A DNA stretch of 63,390 nucleotides, filler included, from Octopus bimaculoides (taxonomy: Eukaryota): NCBI RefSeq assembly GCF_001194135.2. It is 5 parts of 4 records of this genome, joined end to end, with 100 filler letters (N's around TTAATTAATTAA, not from the genome) between each part and the next. Parts side by side here need not be neighbours in the genome. Positions count along the whole stretch, not along the records: positions 1 to 28,959 come from NC_068983.1; 4 more parts are not named here. One strand, given 5' to 3'. The position numbers and the translations under genes were made by a program. The notes under the pieces were generated by a model. That model searched no databases and had not been told where the DNA came from. It saw only the letters and a list, made by a program, of their open reading frames with translations. Shown here in pieces: positions 1 to 13,500 of the stretch (its first letter is position 1; each line of letters opens with the position of its first letter).

Positions 1-2204
1 ATATATATATGAAGAAAAGCAACAAAAATTCAATAGGTTATAGCAGTACGTACGTTTCGTACAAACTTCATTTATTCATGTAGTGAGAACACTACATAAA
101 ATGTGCAATGAAAATGTACTCCTCAACTGCATAATGGAATTTCATTTTAGAAGGTCATTTTGTAGATGTGTGCAAGAAACAAGAGTAGAAGAAGAAAATA
201 CCATCTTGACTGGGCTGCCATTCAACTGTCTAGAGATTTGCCTGACGTGTAGTATTTACAAGGATAACTGACTATCAAATGACATATGACCACACCGACA
301 CACACATATTCACACATGCACAAACATATGCAAGCAATAAAAGATAAAAAACGGGAAATAGAAGGAATATGATAAAGATAAGAAGACGAAATCTTCGAAT
401 TGTCCACGATGAATTGAATAACTGTTCTGTAAACTACTGTATACAAAGTAACACCAAAACCGCCTGTATTATTCTTTGCGGGAGAAGATTCAGAAACAAA
501 ACGTGAATATTCACTAGATTTATTTTATTGTAGGTAATTTAATTTTTAACAGAACTTTTGAATCGATTTTCACTTTCCAGATTAATTATAAATAATTACA
601 CAAGTCGTTTTTGTCTTTCATCCTTTCGTGGTGGTTAAAATAAAATACCAGTCAAGTTCCGGGTTCATTGTAATCGAGTAATCCGGCCCCACTGAAATTG
701 CTGGCCTTGTGCCAAAATTTGAAACCAATATAAATTATAAATAGCTGCACTAATATTCGATTTATAAATGTTTCAGTTAATATACTGCATTTCTGTATGT
801 GAACAATTTTAGAAAATATTTGAAGACAAAAAAACACATGCTATACAAATTATGACCTTTGTGTTACAGTGTAAAATGTTACATGTTTATATCTATATTT
901 GTAATGAATACACACTCGATTTGTGTATTTCTTAATGGCTACATATCACTACATATTTAATGACATCTATTGGGCAAGAGTGTAGTGGTTGCTTCATGAG
1001 AGAGAAATATCTAAGGAATATATATTCACTAACAATAGTACAAGAACGACTATATAGATGTGTGCATTACATCGAAAATTATGTTCTCAAGAACTTTCAA
1101 TTAAATGTTTTAGAGAAAGGATTTTCTTAGAATTTAAGCCAGTCAGTTATCTGAGAATGAATCGCCGTTATCTCTGTAAAATTAAATTAAATTTTTCTTT
1201 CGGAAAATGTTATTCTTTCTTTCTCTTCGGAATCAAGTCTATGATTTTGAAACTCACGAGATTTCAAAACATGTTTCTGATTCTTCTGAAAATGAAAGAA
1301 ATTTACAATTTCTATTAAATTGCATTCACCAACATACATTATCGAGTTTCATCCGACTTTAGATTTGTAATGTTTGCTTTTTAATGATTTTTAACCCTTT
1401 TTATTCACGGTTCATCAAATCGAGCCATAAAACAACCTCTATACTGCCACATGGCATGCTACAATCCGTAGACACATTATTAACAGATTTTACTCAGCTG
1501 TTTTAGATATGCCGTAAATCTAGATCAGCTTCGCTGGATCTGATCTGGAAATGCATAACAAGAAAAATCAACAAAAAAGCATTAGGTCCATAGTTCCTTT
1601 TCTAAAGGAGAACGATATTTGCAAATCTTAATATCTAGTTACCTTAACTGAGGAAACTTAACTTCCCGTTGAGTTCAAGTTCCGACGATGTTAACATTGT
1701 TTTCCTTTCGGATCTATGAAATAAGTGACAGTTGAGCACTGATGGGGTGGTCGATGTAATCAACTTAACCCCTCTGACGAAGTTACTGGCCATGTGTCAA
1801 AATTTGAAATCGATATTTACTATTCTTGATTACAACGGAATTAGACTTTTAGGAGTGTAAGCAAAAGGTATGAACGGTTGGGTGGATAGATTGATGGCTG
1901 AACGCACGGATGGGTGGATGCATGCATGGATGGAAGGGTCAGTCTATGTGTTGATAGATGTAACGGATGCCTGTATATGTGTGTGCATGTACAATGCAAA
2001 TAATATATAAATATATACATTTTGCAAATAAACTTAAAAGCTGTAAATACAGAGAAGAGCGACACACATACGTTCTTTTTAATAACTATAATTATATATT
2101 ATTTAGTAATATTTGGTCCAATTAAAGCGATTAAACCTAAACTATTGACCAAAAAATGGGTCAGACTACTGGGAGTTGAACACGACTTCAATGTCCGTAC
2201 GCAT

Positions 2205-2690
2205 CGAATTCATCCACATAGTCCACCCATCAATTTCAGCCAATTTTAATGTATAGATAAATTTAGTATAAGGTTAAGGAGGGTATTGGATTTAACCAAA
2301 CCCAAAGATACAGGTAATACCGAGTAAGTGCTGTATACCGGCTAGTTATGCCCCAATCATTGTATACACAGGATTGGGGATTATAAGTCGTGTATTAGCG
2401 TGTGTAAGACTCTATCCATAAGATAAATTTAGTATATATATTTATAAATTTTGTAAACAAACCCGAGGGCTCTAAGACTTGTTTAGGTTTAGTCGCTTTA
2501 AATGGAGAATATATTGTTAAAAATATATATAATTTTATTTATAGCTAAAAAGGACCTATGTGTGCCGCTCCTCTCCATAATTTACCGCATTCGGATTGTT
2601 TAGAAAATTTATAAATATTTATACTAGAATAAAATTGTCTCTACATTAATATTGGCTGAAATTGATGGGTGCACTATGTGGATGAATTCG
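2205..2690. repeat. About 70-bp inverted arms (2205-2271 / 2619-2690) around a roughly 350-bp core
   Basis: CGAATTCATCCACATAGT.CACCCATCAATTTCAGCCAAT and its reverse complement. Confidence 0.85.
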
Positions 2691-3843
2691 GTCAACTGTT
2701 TAAGTCAAGCCACTTCATATGAGCATATACTATTAACTCATATATATATATATATATATATATTTATGTTTATAAGGTCAGTAGAGTTAGAGGTTGAAAT
2801 GATACTCTAAGAGATAAAAGTCTCCATTAAACATACTACCAGTATAATTACCTATCTTAACCCTAGACATACATATGCATGTATATTATGCTCATAGATT
2901 ACAGGTGATGACAAAGATATATATAGGACTTGTGGTAAGAAGTTTGCGTCTTCTACTATAGCCTTGGTTAGAGTGATTTTAGTAGACGGAAACTGAAAGA
3001 AGGCCACAATATGAGTTCGTGGTTTCATCTCCTAGAGTGGGTGGTGTGTTGTGTTCTTGAGCAAAAGACTTCATCTGCAGTTGCTCTGCGGTCACTTCAA
3101 CACCTGATGCGTGCAACACCGTGCACATGTCCAGACAACGTCCATTTGATAGAGAGAGTGATCTAATGTGCAGCACGAACACGTGATCACTATAACTTAA
3201 TCATTTCTGCATGTCGTCCGACTAAATCTGAACATTCATAAATCATCAACGGGAGTGTCTATCATATACATGTATGAGTGTGTGTGTATGTATGTATACT
3301 TCACCCACACACATACATATATTCGTTTATATGAATGTATGAAGGAAGGTAGGTTTGTCAGTGTCTGTTCCACACTACCGCTTGTGTTGCAATGTTTACG
3401 TCCCAGTAACTTAACCGTTCGGCAAAACAAACCGACAGAATAAATACCAGGCTTTAAAACTGAGTACTAGCATAACGTACATAATGTTTGACGTCTTAGC
3501 CACAACTACACCATGTGACCCACTTGACTATAGAGAGTTTTTTGGAGAAGAGACCTAAATGTATTCGGGACGCGGTAATTTGTCGGGAGTTTCTCGGAGT
3601 AAATTGTCCGCGAACAGTCTTAATACTTCTGGGTCGTTTCTGTATTTGACGGCCAGAGATGGCGATCTAAGCGGACGTTGAAAGGGCACTGAAAGAATTA
3701 ATGCTGGACATTCTGCATATTGCAAGGGCAAAAGAGTTTGCGAGCATTTTAGTGGTCTTTAATTTGATGGTCTTTAAATCTGATGCGAAGTGATTTAATT
3801 TGATGAAAGGACTCGACCATTGGAATTTGTTCCCCATTCTTGC

Positions 3844-3898
<55 letters not shown>

Positions 3899-4814
3899 AA
3901 ACCAAGTAATGATAGATGTGCAGCAAACACAAAATAGAACATACATACAATCCTTTACGTTTCAGCCTGAAGATAGTGGCCATATGCATATGTTTTGATT
4001 TTCCCTCTTTATTGATTTGTTTATTTACTGAATTGCCTAATAGATAAACAATTTTAAAGCTATGCATTATGCGCATGACGTTGTAATTGTTTTTATAATT
4101 TGTTCCTGCAGAATTCTGGAAATGCCATTGTCATGGGTTTATAAGAATACGACCCTTAATTGAAAACCAGTTTGATAAGTTCCAACGAACAAAACTCTCA
4201 ACCCTTGAGTCACTGCGAAACTTCTGCCCCTTACGAATATAATAAAAGTGTATATAATGGAAATATATATACACATGAGCATACACGTATATTCCCTCAT
4301 ATTATTCGAAACATACACAACCTTATAGATTTCCAATGTTTAGATGTAAAATAATTAACCACATTGTTTACAATTACTATACTTATCTCGTGGCATAAAA
4401 ACTTAATATTAGAACACACATATTCAATATGGATATTGAATTTCCTCGATGCATTGGTTTCACTATGATAAGACATAATGAAGATGGATTAGATGTAGCA
4501 ACGCTGAAAGCCGAAAAGTGGAGCTTTACATTTATACGCGCGAAAATTAATTTCATGATACTTACATGTATACATTGATCTTTGCAAATTGAAAGAGGTC
4601 AACAGCTCAACGAATTATGTTACCCAAAAGACATATTTACGCTTTCTTGCATCTAGGAACTTTATTTTTGACTGAGCATATTTCCGTCTATATTAACACA
4701 ATCATCAGTTGTTACAAAACACATATACATATGAGTAGCCACACACACATGTGAGCAGAGGATCACACACACTGAAACTACGATATATAAATGTGTTTGT
4801 GCGTGTGCGTGTGT

Positions 4815-4865
<51 letters not shown>

Positions 4866-5147
4866 TGTGTGTTTGTGTGTGTGTGTATGTGTGTGTGTGT
4901 AAAAATGCTAATCTTATGCACATAATTGTAAGACGTATGCAGAAACATACTAGTCATTTTTACTCGCCTCTTTCCATCAAGATATATATATGCACATTCA
5001 CCACACATAAATACATACCTTCATACATTGATATACGTGTAAGTCTCTCTACCTCCCTTCCTCTGTCTGTCTGTCTGTCTCTCTCTCTTTCTGTATGCAC
5101 ACACACGCACGCACGCACACTCACACATACACACACACACACACATA

Positions 5148-6393
5148 TTGGGCTGGTCAGAAAGTAATTTCGGTTTCTTAATATGAAATATAAGTCATGT
5201 GTTTTTCATACAAAGAATGAACTTTAATCAGTTATATATGTTCCATTTTGTTCGATGACCTTTTGCAATCTTTTGGCAACTTTATGATTCTGCACTCATA
5301 GAACATCTGGTTCTTATCAGCCAAAAACTGAAGCAAATATAATTTCAGGTTATCATCATTATTGAAAGTTTTATCATTCAAAGAATTTTGCAAACTTCGA
5401 AATAAGTGGTAATGTGATGGTGCAAGGTCAGAGCTATATGGTTGATGTTACATCCCTTTTCAACTAAGATCCAATATTTTTTCACGAGTAGCCTTGGTCT
5501 AGCATTGTCATAGTGGAACACGATTCATTTACGATTTGCCAATTCTGGCCGTTTTTGTTTGATTGCTTCTTCCAATTTCATTAGTTGTTGACTGTAAACA
5601 TCTGAATTGATCGTTTGATTCCTTGAATGCAGCTCAAAATACACAACGCTTTTGTAATCCTACCAAATTGCAATTCAGTTTTCGATGTGACTTATGCTGG
5701 TTCATTTAACTTGAACCATGATCGTTTTCAATTGATGTTCTTGTAGACAAACCGTTTTTCATCACCAGTTATGATTCGTTTCAAACAAAGTTCGATTTTA
5801 TAGCGTTTGAGATGCCTATCGCAGATATTGATTCGATGTGTTAAGTGAATCTCTTTCAATTTATGTGGAACCCAAATATCGAGCTTCTTAACGAGTCCAA
5901 GATATTTGAAGTGATTTTCAATCGTTGTATTTGATATATTTAACCTCTCTGCAGTCTCTCGCGCAGTTATATGACAGTCGGATTCAATTATGCCATTGAT
6001 TCAGTGATCATCAACTTCAGTAGGTCGATTACAACGTTGGACATCTTTGAGTGAAAAATCTCCAAAACGGAATTTTAAAACCAATTCTGACAGGTTAAGC
6101 AGCCAACACCATAAACTTCGTATATCTCTTTGTGAGCCTCAGCACTTGCCTTTACGGAAATTAAAAGAAAAAAAAAACGCAAAATATGGCGCAAATGTTA
6201 GTTTTTGCACACTATGTTAAAATTGACACTGAACTAACTGCTGCAAACAAAATTACGCGCAATTTGCTTCTATAGTAAGCTAAAAATAACGGCTATCAAA
6301 TATCGAAAGGAAAAATCATAACATTGACAAACGTCATTCCAAAAAATCGTAACTCTCTTTGCGTGAAACGAAATTACTATCTTGCCAACTCAT
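5148..6393 (-). mobile_element. Mariner (Mos1-like) transposon relic, near full length
   Basis: Imperfect TIRs (TTGGGCTGGTCAGAAAGTAATTTCG / CGAAATTACTATCTTGCCAACTCA) and TA at the left end. Disrupted minus-strand transposase, e.g. FRFGDFSLKD...RPTEVDD and WVPHKLKEIHL. Confidence 0.88.
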
Positions 6394-6404
6394 TGTATTA
6401 TATT

Positions 6405-7241
6405 GGCACGAAGTTTGCTTTTCAACTACATGGTCCAGGGTTCAGTTCCGCTGAGTGTCACCTTGGGCGAGTTTCGTCCACTATAGTCTCCGACCGAGTA
6501 AAACCTTTTGGATGGATTTGGTCGACGGAAATTGAAAGAAGCTCGACGTGGCAGAGGAAAGCAGAGGAAGGAAATGCAAAACTATGCAGACCAACGAGAT
6601 TTGCGCAGCTTTTATGCCGTAACCAAGGAAATCTTCGGCCCCACAAGGTCATCTGTGGGCAGCCTGAAGAACGCAGCTGGCTCTGCGATAACCGACACCC
6701 AAGGAATCCTCGATCGCTGGCAGTCCCATTTCCAGTGCCTACTTAACGACCACTCACGCACTCCTGACGATCTCCTATAAAACACCCCACAGCTCGCCAC
6801 CCGCCATTGGATATCCTTGCCGCTCTCATGCCATGAGTTCAACAAGGTACTTGCGCGCATGAAGCCGGAAAAATCTCCAGGGCCAGACAACATCCCATTT
6901 GAAGTTTTCACGCACGGTGTCCCTGAGCTGAGAAATCATCCGATGCTCCTTATCCTCAAGATCTGGGAAAGCAAGACAGCCCCACCCCCGAACGACATCC
7001 GCAATGCAACTATCATGACCATCTACAAGAAGGGAGATCGAGAGGATTGCAACAACTATCGGAACATCTCACTCCTAAATATTACAAATAAGATCTTCGC
7101 CCTATCCTGCTCAATCGCCTCCTCATCGTCGTCCTCGCTGAGTTGGATTTCAAAATCAGTTTTGGCACAAACATCAACCGCAGAGAGTGAATGGAAACTG
7201 ACGAACCCAGTGCTTGGATTTGAGCTGGAGCCAACCACATA

Positions 7242-7312
<71 letters not shown>

Positions 7313-7566
7313 ATGTGCGTGTGTGAGTGAGTGTCATTGTGTCTGTGTTCAATCCCCCACCACTTCTTGACAACCGGTGTTTGTGTCTATGTCCCCGCAA
7401 CTTAACGGTTCGACAAAGAGATCGATTGAATAAGTACCAGACTTTAAATAAATAAGTATTAAGGTTGAGACATTCGAAGAAAAATTTCTACAAGATGGTG
7501 CCCCCAGCATGGTTGCTGTCTAATGACTGAAACAAGTAAAAGATAAAAGATAAAAGATAAAAGATA
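6405..7566 (+). mobile_element. SINE family A split by the LINE fragment
   Basis: Head at 6405-6548; body and (AAGATA)n tail at 7330-7566. Confidence 0.75.
6549..7230 (+). mobile_element. RTE-BovB-like LINE reverse-transcriptase fragment nested in a SINE
   Basis: WQRKAEEMQNYAD..DLRSFY...IFGP, KSPGPDNIP, TIYKKGDREDCNNYRNISLL; contains stops and frameshifts. Confidence 0.88.
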
Positions 7567-9273
7567 TAGGCATTCTCCCAGTTTACTAACAGATCTCCTG
7601 TGTCCTCTTGTATCTAATAGCCTTGTTAAAACGCAATGGCTTCGTTGAATTTATATACATTTGTTTACATTTTGTGTGATTAATCGACTTCACTAATAGA
7701 AAATGGATGAAACAGTAGCAAGTGCAGCAACACGGTGTTAAAAGCAAAAAAAAACACTTCACTTTTAAATAGAATTTTCCTTTTATTATTTTCCCCTCAG
7801 TAAAACTCTCTCCCGGGATCAAGATAAATGAAATCACATAATAATTCTGACTATAAATCGGTTGGCATCTTTGCTGGAAACTAATCAATTTAACAGATTT
7901 CCACATTTTTATGAGTACCCACCAAACCAATCAAATCGCAAATGTGTTTTAGAAGAAAAAGGAAAGAAAGGTTATTAAAGTTTACAAATATGAATGAATA
8001 ATCTTTAATCTCTAAATTGCATATGTACTCGATAAACTTTGTCAAATTGCTTTGAGTTTTCTCATGAAATGGAAGATGTAAAATGGGGACATTCAATAAC
8101 ATACTAGCAGACCAACTAAAAAGTAGAAGAGACGAGGTAGCTTATTAATATTTTAGGACTGAATTCATGCAGCATTAACAAGTTGAATTAAAAACTACAA
8201 CTGTGTGTTAGAAGTAGCCTTGATATTTTGTAATTCATGGGCATTAATTTACGCTGCAATTGGAGTTCAGTAAGTCTCAAATCAGACTTTTAATTTTTTC
8301 CAGTTAACTTTTTCTGATGATAATGATCTCATCCGACTCGGAGGGCTACGAGGAGCAAGTGCAAAAATAATTCCTCCAGACAAAAATCAATATCATATTT
8401 TCAAAAAAACAATAAGCAGTCTGTAGCTTATTTTCAGCGGTTGAAATTCGGTTATCCAGAGTAAAATAATTGGTAACAAATTGAATACAAACAAACCAAG
8501 GATGGTTGCTTTTGCAGTTCCACTCGATCATCGCTCCCATGGGGCGAGAACAACGGGAGAACAACAAAGTGAATATCATGAAAGATAATCTTTACTCTTT
8601 TACGTAAACAGAATCATCTTTACAATATAATTCCATTCACTCATGAAATCAATACAGCATCAATTACAAAATACTTTAGACTTTTCTACCATTATATACT
8701 TATTTCGCAGCTCTCTTTGATGTATGACAAAATTGTTTTCGTTCATATCAGTTTCTTCATATTCATTTAGATGAATAACAATGGAGTACATGAGTTAAAC
8801 ACTTCGTGTATTTAGCTTCATCCATGTAAATCATGGGTTCAAGTCTTGATGCGTCTCATTTTGTCTTTCACCCTTTCATCCTTTCAGAGTGGATAAGTAT
8901 CAAAATAAAGCGTATTACTTGAAAAACTCCCTCAACCATGAACGTTCCCTAAATATTCACGCAGGAGGTGGCAGATATACGCAGACACATAAAATTATTA
9001 AAAGGGAGGCAGATACAAAAATAAATAGATAGTTAGGCTCTTTGACAAATAAATAGAAGCAAAAAGAAAGAATGAAAGAAAAAATGGAAGAAAGAATAAA
9101 TGAAATTGATACAGAAGGAGACTAGAACACTGATAGACTACAGATAGTAGAAAATGAATGTGGATAGGTGGGTAGAGACAACTAGACTGATAGACAATTA
9201 GTGAAATGGATAAATCGAGATGGATCGGATGCTCGAGGGACTGATGGGCAAATTAGGATACAACTGTGGGAAA

Positions 9274-9332
<59 letters not shown>

Positions 9333-9337
9333 GAGAG

Positions 9338-9383
<46 letters not shown>

Positions 9384-9779
9384 GATAGAGGGATAGAGAA
9401 TGATCGATAGATGGGGTAAGTAGACAGTCCTGAAGAAGGGCGAAGTGGTTTAAATCATATTTGTACGAATAAATAGATGGAATACAATGAGAGAATAACA
9501 GGATACCGCTGTAAACTGAAGTAAATAGGCGAAATTAAGTTACATTAAACATAACTGAAAAATAATGGTAGACATAAACTTGCTACACACTAAGTTGGTG
9601 TTTAATTGTAAGAGGTTTCCGATCTAAGACGATTTCCTTCTTTTTTTCGTTGTATTTTAATTATGACGTCGATATACCGGCATGTCGAGAAACCAGACAT
9701 TGTTAATGTTTAAAAGAAGTAGTAGATGTGTTTCTATGGTTATAGCTCGTACTAGAGTTCCGGCGTGAGTTTTAGCGTG

Positions 9780-10200
9780 TTAATAAATTGCACGTCCGTT
9801 ATCACAAAGTTCAACAATATCTGCGTGCTCTAGGATCTGGATTGATGCAATTCTTCCATACCTCACCCACATATTCCTAGTCTTCCTATCCTAAAATGGC
9901 CAGAACCGCGCTGATTTTGGATCCGAGATGTATACTGCTTGAACACTGGTAGCTGTATTTGTGTAACTAATGAAGATGTTGAGGATTCCGAATTCAAGAA
10001 AAATATCTACAACTTCATGCCAAGGAATCTGCCACCAATTCCTGTCCTCCTCCTCAGCTGAGCTAGACTACTGTACGCTTTCTGTTGATGGCTGCCCTGT
10101 GTGCAGTGTGCCTGCAGCAACGCCGAATTCGGATTTGTTTTTCACTAGAGTGTGTTGGTGCAACCCATGGATCCAGGGAGGCTACTATTTCTAGAGATGT
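9780..10200 (+). mobile_element. Possible L1/Tx1-like LINE C-terminal relic
   Basis: GC-richer block with a zinc-knuckle-like GCPVCSVPA...LFF..VCW reading; weak. Confidence 0.3.
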
Positions 10201-10507
10201 GATTGCCATTTGAAACAGACCTCAGAAATAAAACAATTTTTTATAAAACAATGCGACAAAAAGAAATACTAACTGCCCGACTAAACATATATTATGCTAC
10301 CTATTAAGCGAATAGCTTCGACACCCTTTCAGAGGGATTTTAAAAGCCAGGCACTACCCCCTGTTCACAGTCTGCATATACTGTTAATTGCTGCAACGCC
10401 AGTTCAAGCTGTTTTAATTTCATCTTTCGGCAGACCAGCTACTTAAACGGTCACGTTATAATAGAGCAATTCAAATGATTGTATACAGACGGTAACAATT
10501 CAGCTCT

Positions 10508-10595
10508 CTTATCAGCTACAATACAATGGCTTTCTACAGCTTTATTGTTCACTTATCAGCTACAATAGAATACCTTTCTTCAGCTATGCAGTTCA
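10508..10595. repeat. 44-bp tandem duplication
   Basis: CTTATCAGCTACAATA.AAT...TTTCT.CAGCT.T...GTTCA twice. Confidence 0.8.
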
Positions 10596-13500
10596 TTTAT
10601 CGACCAAGATTCAACAGTCTGAATATAATTTGTCTCCTTCTATGCAGTTCACATGCCTGAATCAACAGGAACCAATAGAATAACTTCTTTGTATGTAACT
10701 TTTCAATCAGTTAATCTTAAATGTTTGTTTAGTATTTTCTATAATTACAATTACAAAGGGATTATTCGCTCTAAACCGTGTGTCGCCCGAAAAGAAACTG
10801 CAATTTCACATATGTGAAATTCTTTGGTTGCAGCATTTTAATTAGCATAAAAGACTTTATGCAAACATTGAAATACATCACTTTCGTGACGTTTGTAATT
10901 TCAAACTATGTTAATTTTTCTGATTGAACACCTGGTAATTCTCTATCAATCTGTATTCGCAATCTTTGGTAAGAACACGTGCTGTTTACTATTTGTAGCA
11001 ACATTATTACAAGTCCTGTGGTGTTTTTCAAGGTTCTTGAATAATTCTGAAAAAATAAAAACGTCATATCAAATTGCCGAAAACGATTATATAATTTTAG
11101 AAAGCAGTGGAGAAAAATGGAAACATTTGCTCACGAACATTAAAAGATTTTTTGATGGATCACATGTTAGTTTCGTTCATGACTGATAATACAACCTGAG
11201 TTTTAAACATGATAAAATCCTACAATGGGGAATCAAATTCCCCCTCTGCCACACATACGATACATTGCACGTCGACCCGTAGGTATACTCAGCTAGTAAT
11301 CTAAGTAAGAAATTTAGAACTACAGCATTGTTCCTAACATAAGACGAATACAGCATTATGTAAAATTCTGGTATACTTTGCAGAAAATATATTTTAAATA
11401 TATGACGATTGCTATGCATGAAATGAAATTAAACTAACGTTTATAGTTGAAGCATAATTTGCATATACGTGTTGCCTGTCCCCGTAAAAACTTGTCTTCG
11501 TTCTTCTAATTATTCAAATATATATTTACTATGAGCGAGAATTTTTTCTTTTACCATATAAATTGAAATCCAAGGGTTATTCCTCCAGTTATGGAAATTC
11601 ATTTGTGTCTACTGTTAAAAAGCAAGTCCTAAAGAGACATGGACATTCTACAATCTCTACAACCCCATGAAAATCAGAGTGTAAACTGAATAACAGTTCT
11701 ATATCGCATCATATAAAGTTAATACATAAAATCAAACATTGACTACATAAAACTGCACATTTTGAATGTCCGTCCTGTGGCCGGATACTCTACTGCACAA
11801 GCTGTAAGATTTATAAGATCATACAAAATCTCTTCTTATTTTCTGGATAACTGTTACCCGTTCAGAATATTTTGATCATTTTCAGAATCTGTTACAGTAT
11901 ATCTCCATAGTCTACACTTTCAAAATTGGAGTCACTAGTGGAAAGTACGTTAATTGTAGATTCTAATTGAAATAAAAATCGCAATTGGTTTCTAATTCAA
12001 GACACGTTCACTACGAGAGAGATGTAACTCACAGAGGGCAACTATAGATATTAAACTACGCAAGATAACCCTGATCACCAGCTGTCGAAATTGAAGTGAA
12101 GATCAGTCATCCGGGTTTCAAGATCTCAAACTGAACAACGGAACTCCTAATGATAAGAACCCTTCATACTTCAAATATCGTTAAAGCTATTTGGGAAAAT
12201 TCCGTGTATTTAATTCTTCATGGACCAGCATGAATTTGTAAACGAGATATATGTCTAAATTTGTAACATGCATTATGAATATTATTTTAAACATTTGTCA
12301 TATCAGAAAGAGATTGGAAAGGAAATACTAAAACTGCCGCTTATACATCAAGGTCGTAGCATAAAAGGTGGCAAAACAAGGTATTTTATTGTGGGTGAAT
12401 GAGGGGTGCTTTATATATTGAAGTTGAATGAGATAGTATGTTAATGGCGTTTAGTTAATGTAAAGTACTTATTAACTATGAACTATCTACAATGGTTTCA
12501 CAGCGAACTAGGAAATAAGAAGGATGGAGAAAAAGTGAATTCTGGTGGGAAATGAAAACATATATAGAGAAAAAGAGGGTAAATCCAAAATAGACAAACA
12601 ATACACTTCAAGATTTAGCAAAATATTACGTCTGTATGTATATGTGAATGTGTGTGTAGATATGTATGTATGTATGTGTTTGTGTGTATGTGTGTGTGAG
12701 TGAGTCTATGTGTCTTTCAAAACATGTTCGTTTCCATCTCATAGATGATAACGCTGAAATCCATTAATACTCTTCGGCATATCTCATTGGTCACTTCAGA
12801 CATTTCCAGAAGTATATATAACTTGACATGTAAACTGCTTACTCTCAGAAGATTTGTGTCCTCTGTTGATTTATTAATTTATGGCCATATATTGAGATGA
12901 TATACTGCGGTAGATACCATGAGAGAAAATCTCACATTAGCTTTTAGTGCAAAATACACGCTTGTTTATATCGCTAGCGGAGAAGTTCTTTCCCCGCCAC
13001 CTTCAGCGACGAGACCACTCGATAGCGTGATTTCGAATTTCCTTCGTCTTGTCAATGATGAACGTTCGGTCACTAGAGATAGCAGCAATTCTTACCCATC
13101 AATGACATTTAGAATAAGGTTTTAGTGAACTGCGGTGACATATATGTAGGAATTGTCTGATGTTCGCCGCACAGGGCACTTATAGGTAGTAAAACGCTTG
13201 ATAATAATTAATAAATTAATAAATATATGACAAAATCACTAAATTAACATACTTTTAACGACGACTTTACATAATACATAAGACACCCATCTATATAGGC
13301 ATACATATACATATATAAAGGTGATATTCTATTGTTTTTGAGTACAAGGTATATTAAACTTTTAAACAATTACATATTTTGCGGTGTATATATGAAACAA
13401 AATATAATCATTAGATATATATTTTAGTTTATTTATTCACTCGTCAACCTCGTAGTGTTTTGTAGAATGATTTTGTTTTATATGAAGTCTACTTAACACA

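Noticed and set aside
3540-3850. Possible CR1/L2-like RT relic on the minus strand
   Set aside because: The similarity is too weak to call without a search.
12720-13200. CpG-rich stretch with protein-like readings and a possible minus-strand donor
   Set aside because: Stops interrupt every frame and I see no homology; it cannot be supported as a gene or promoter.
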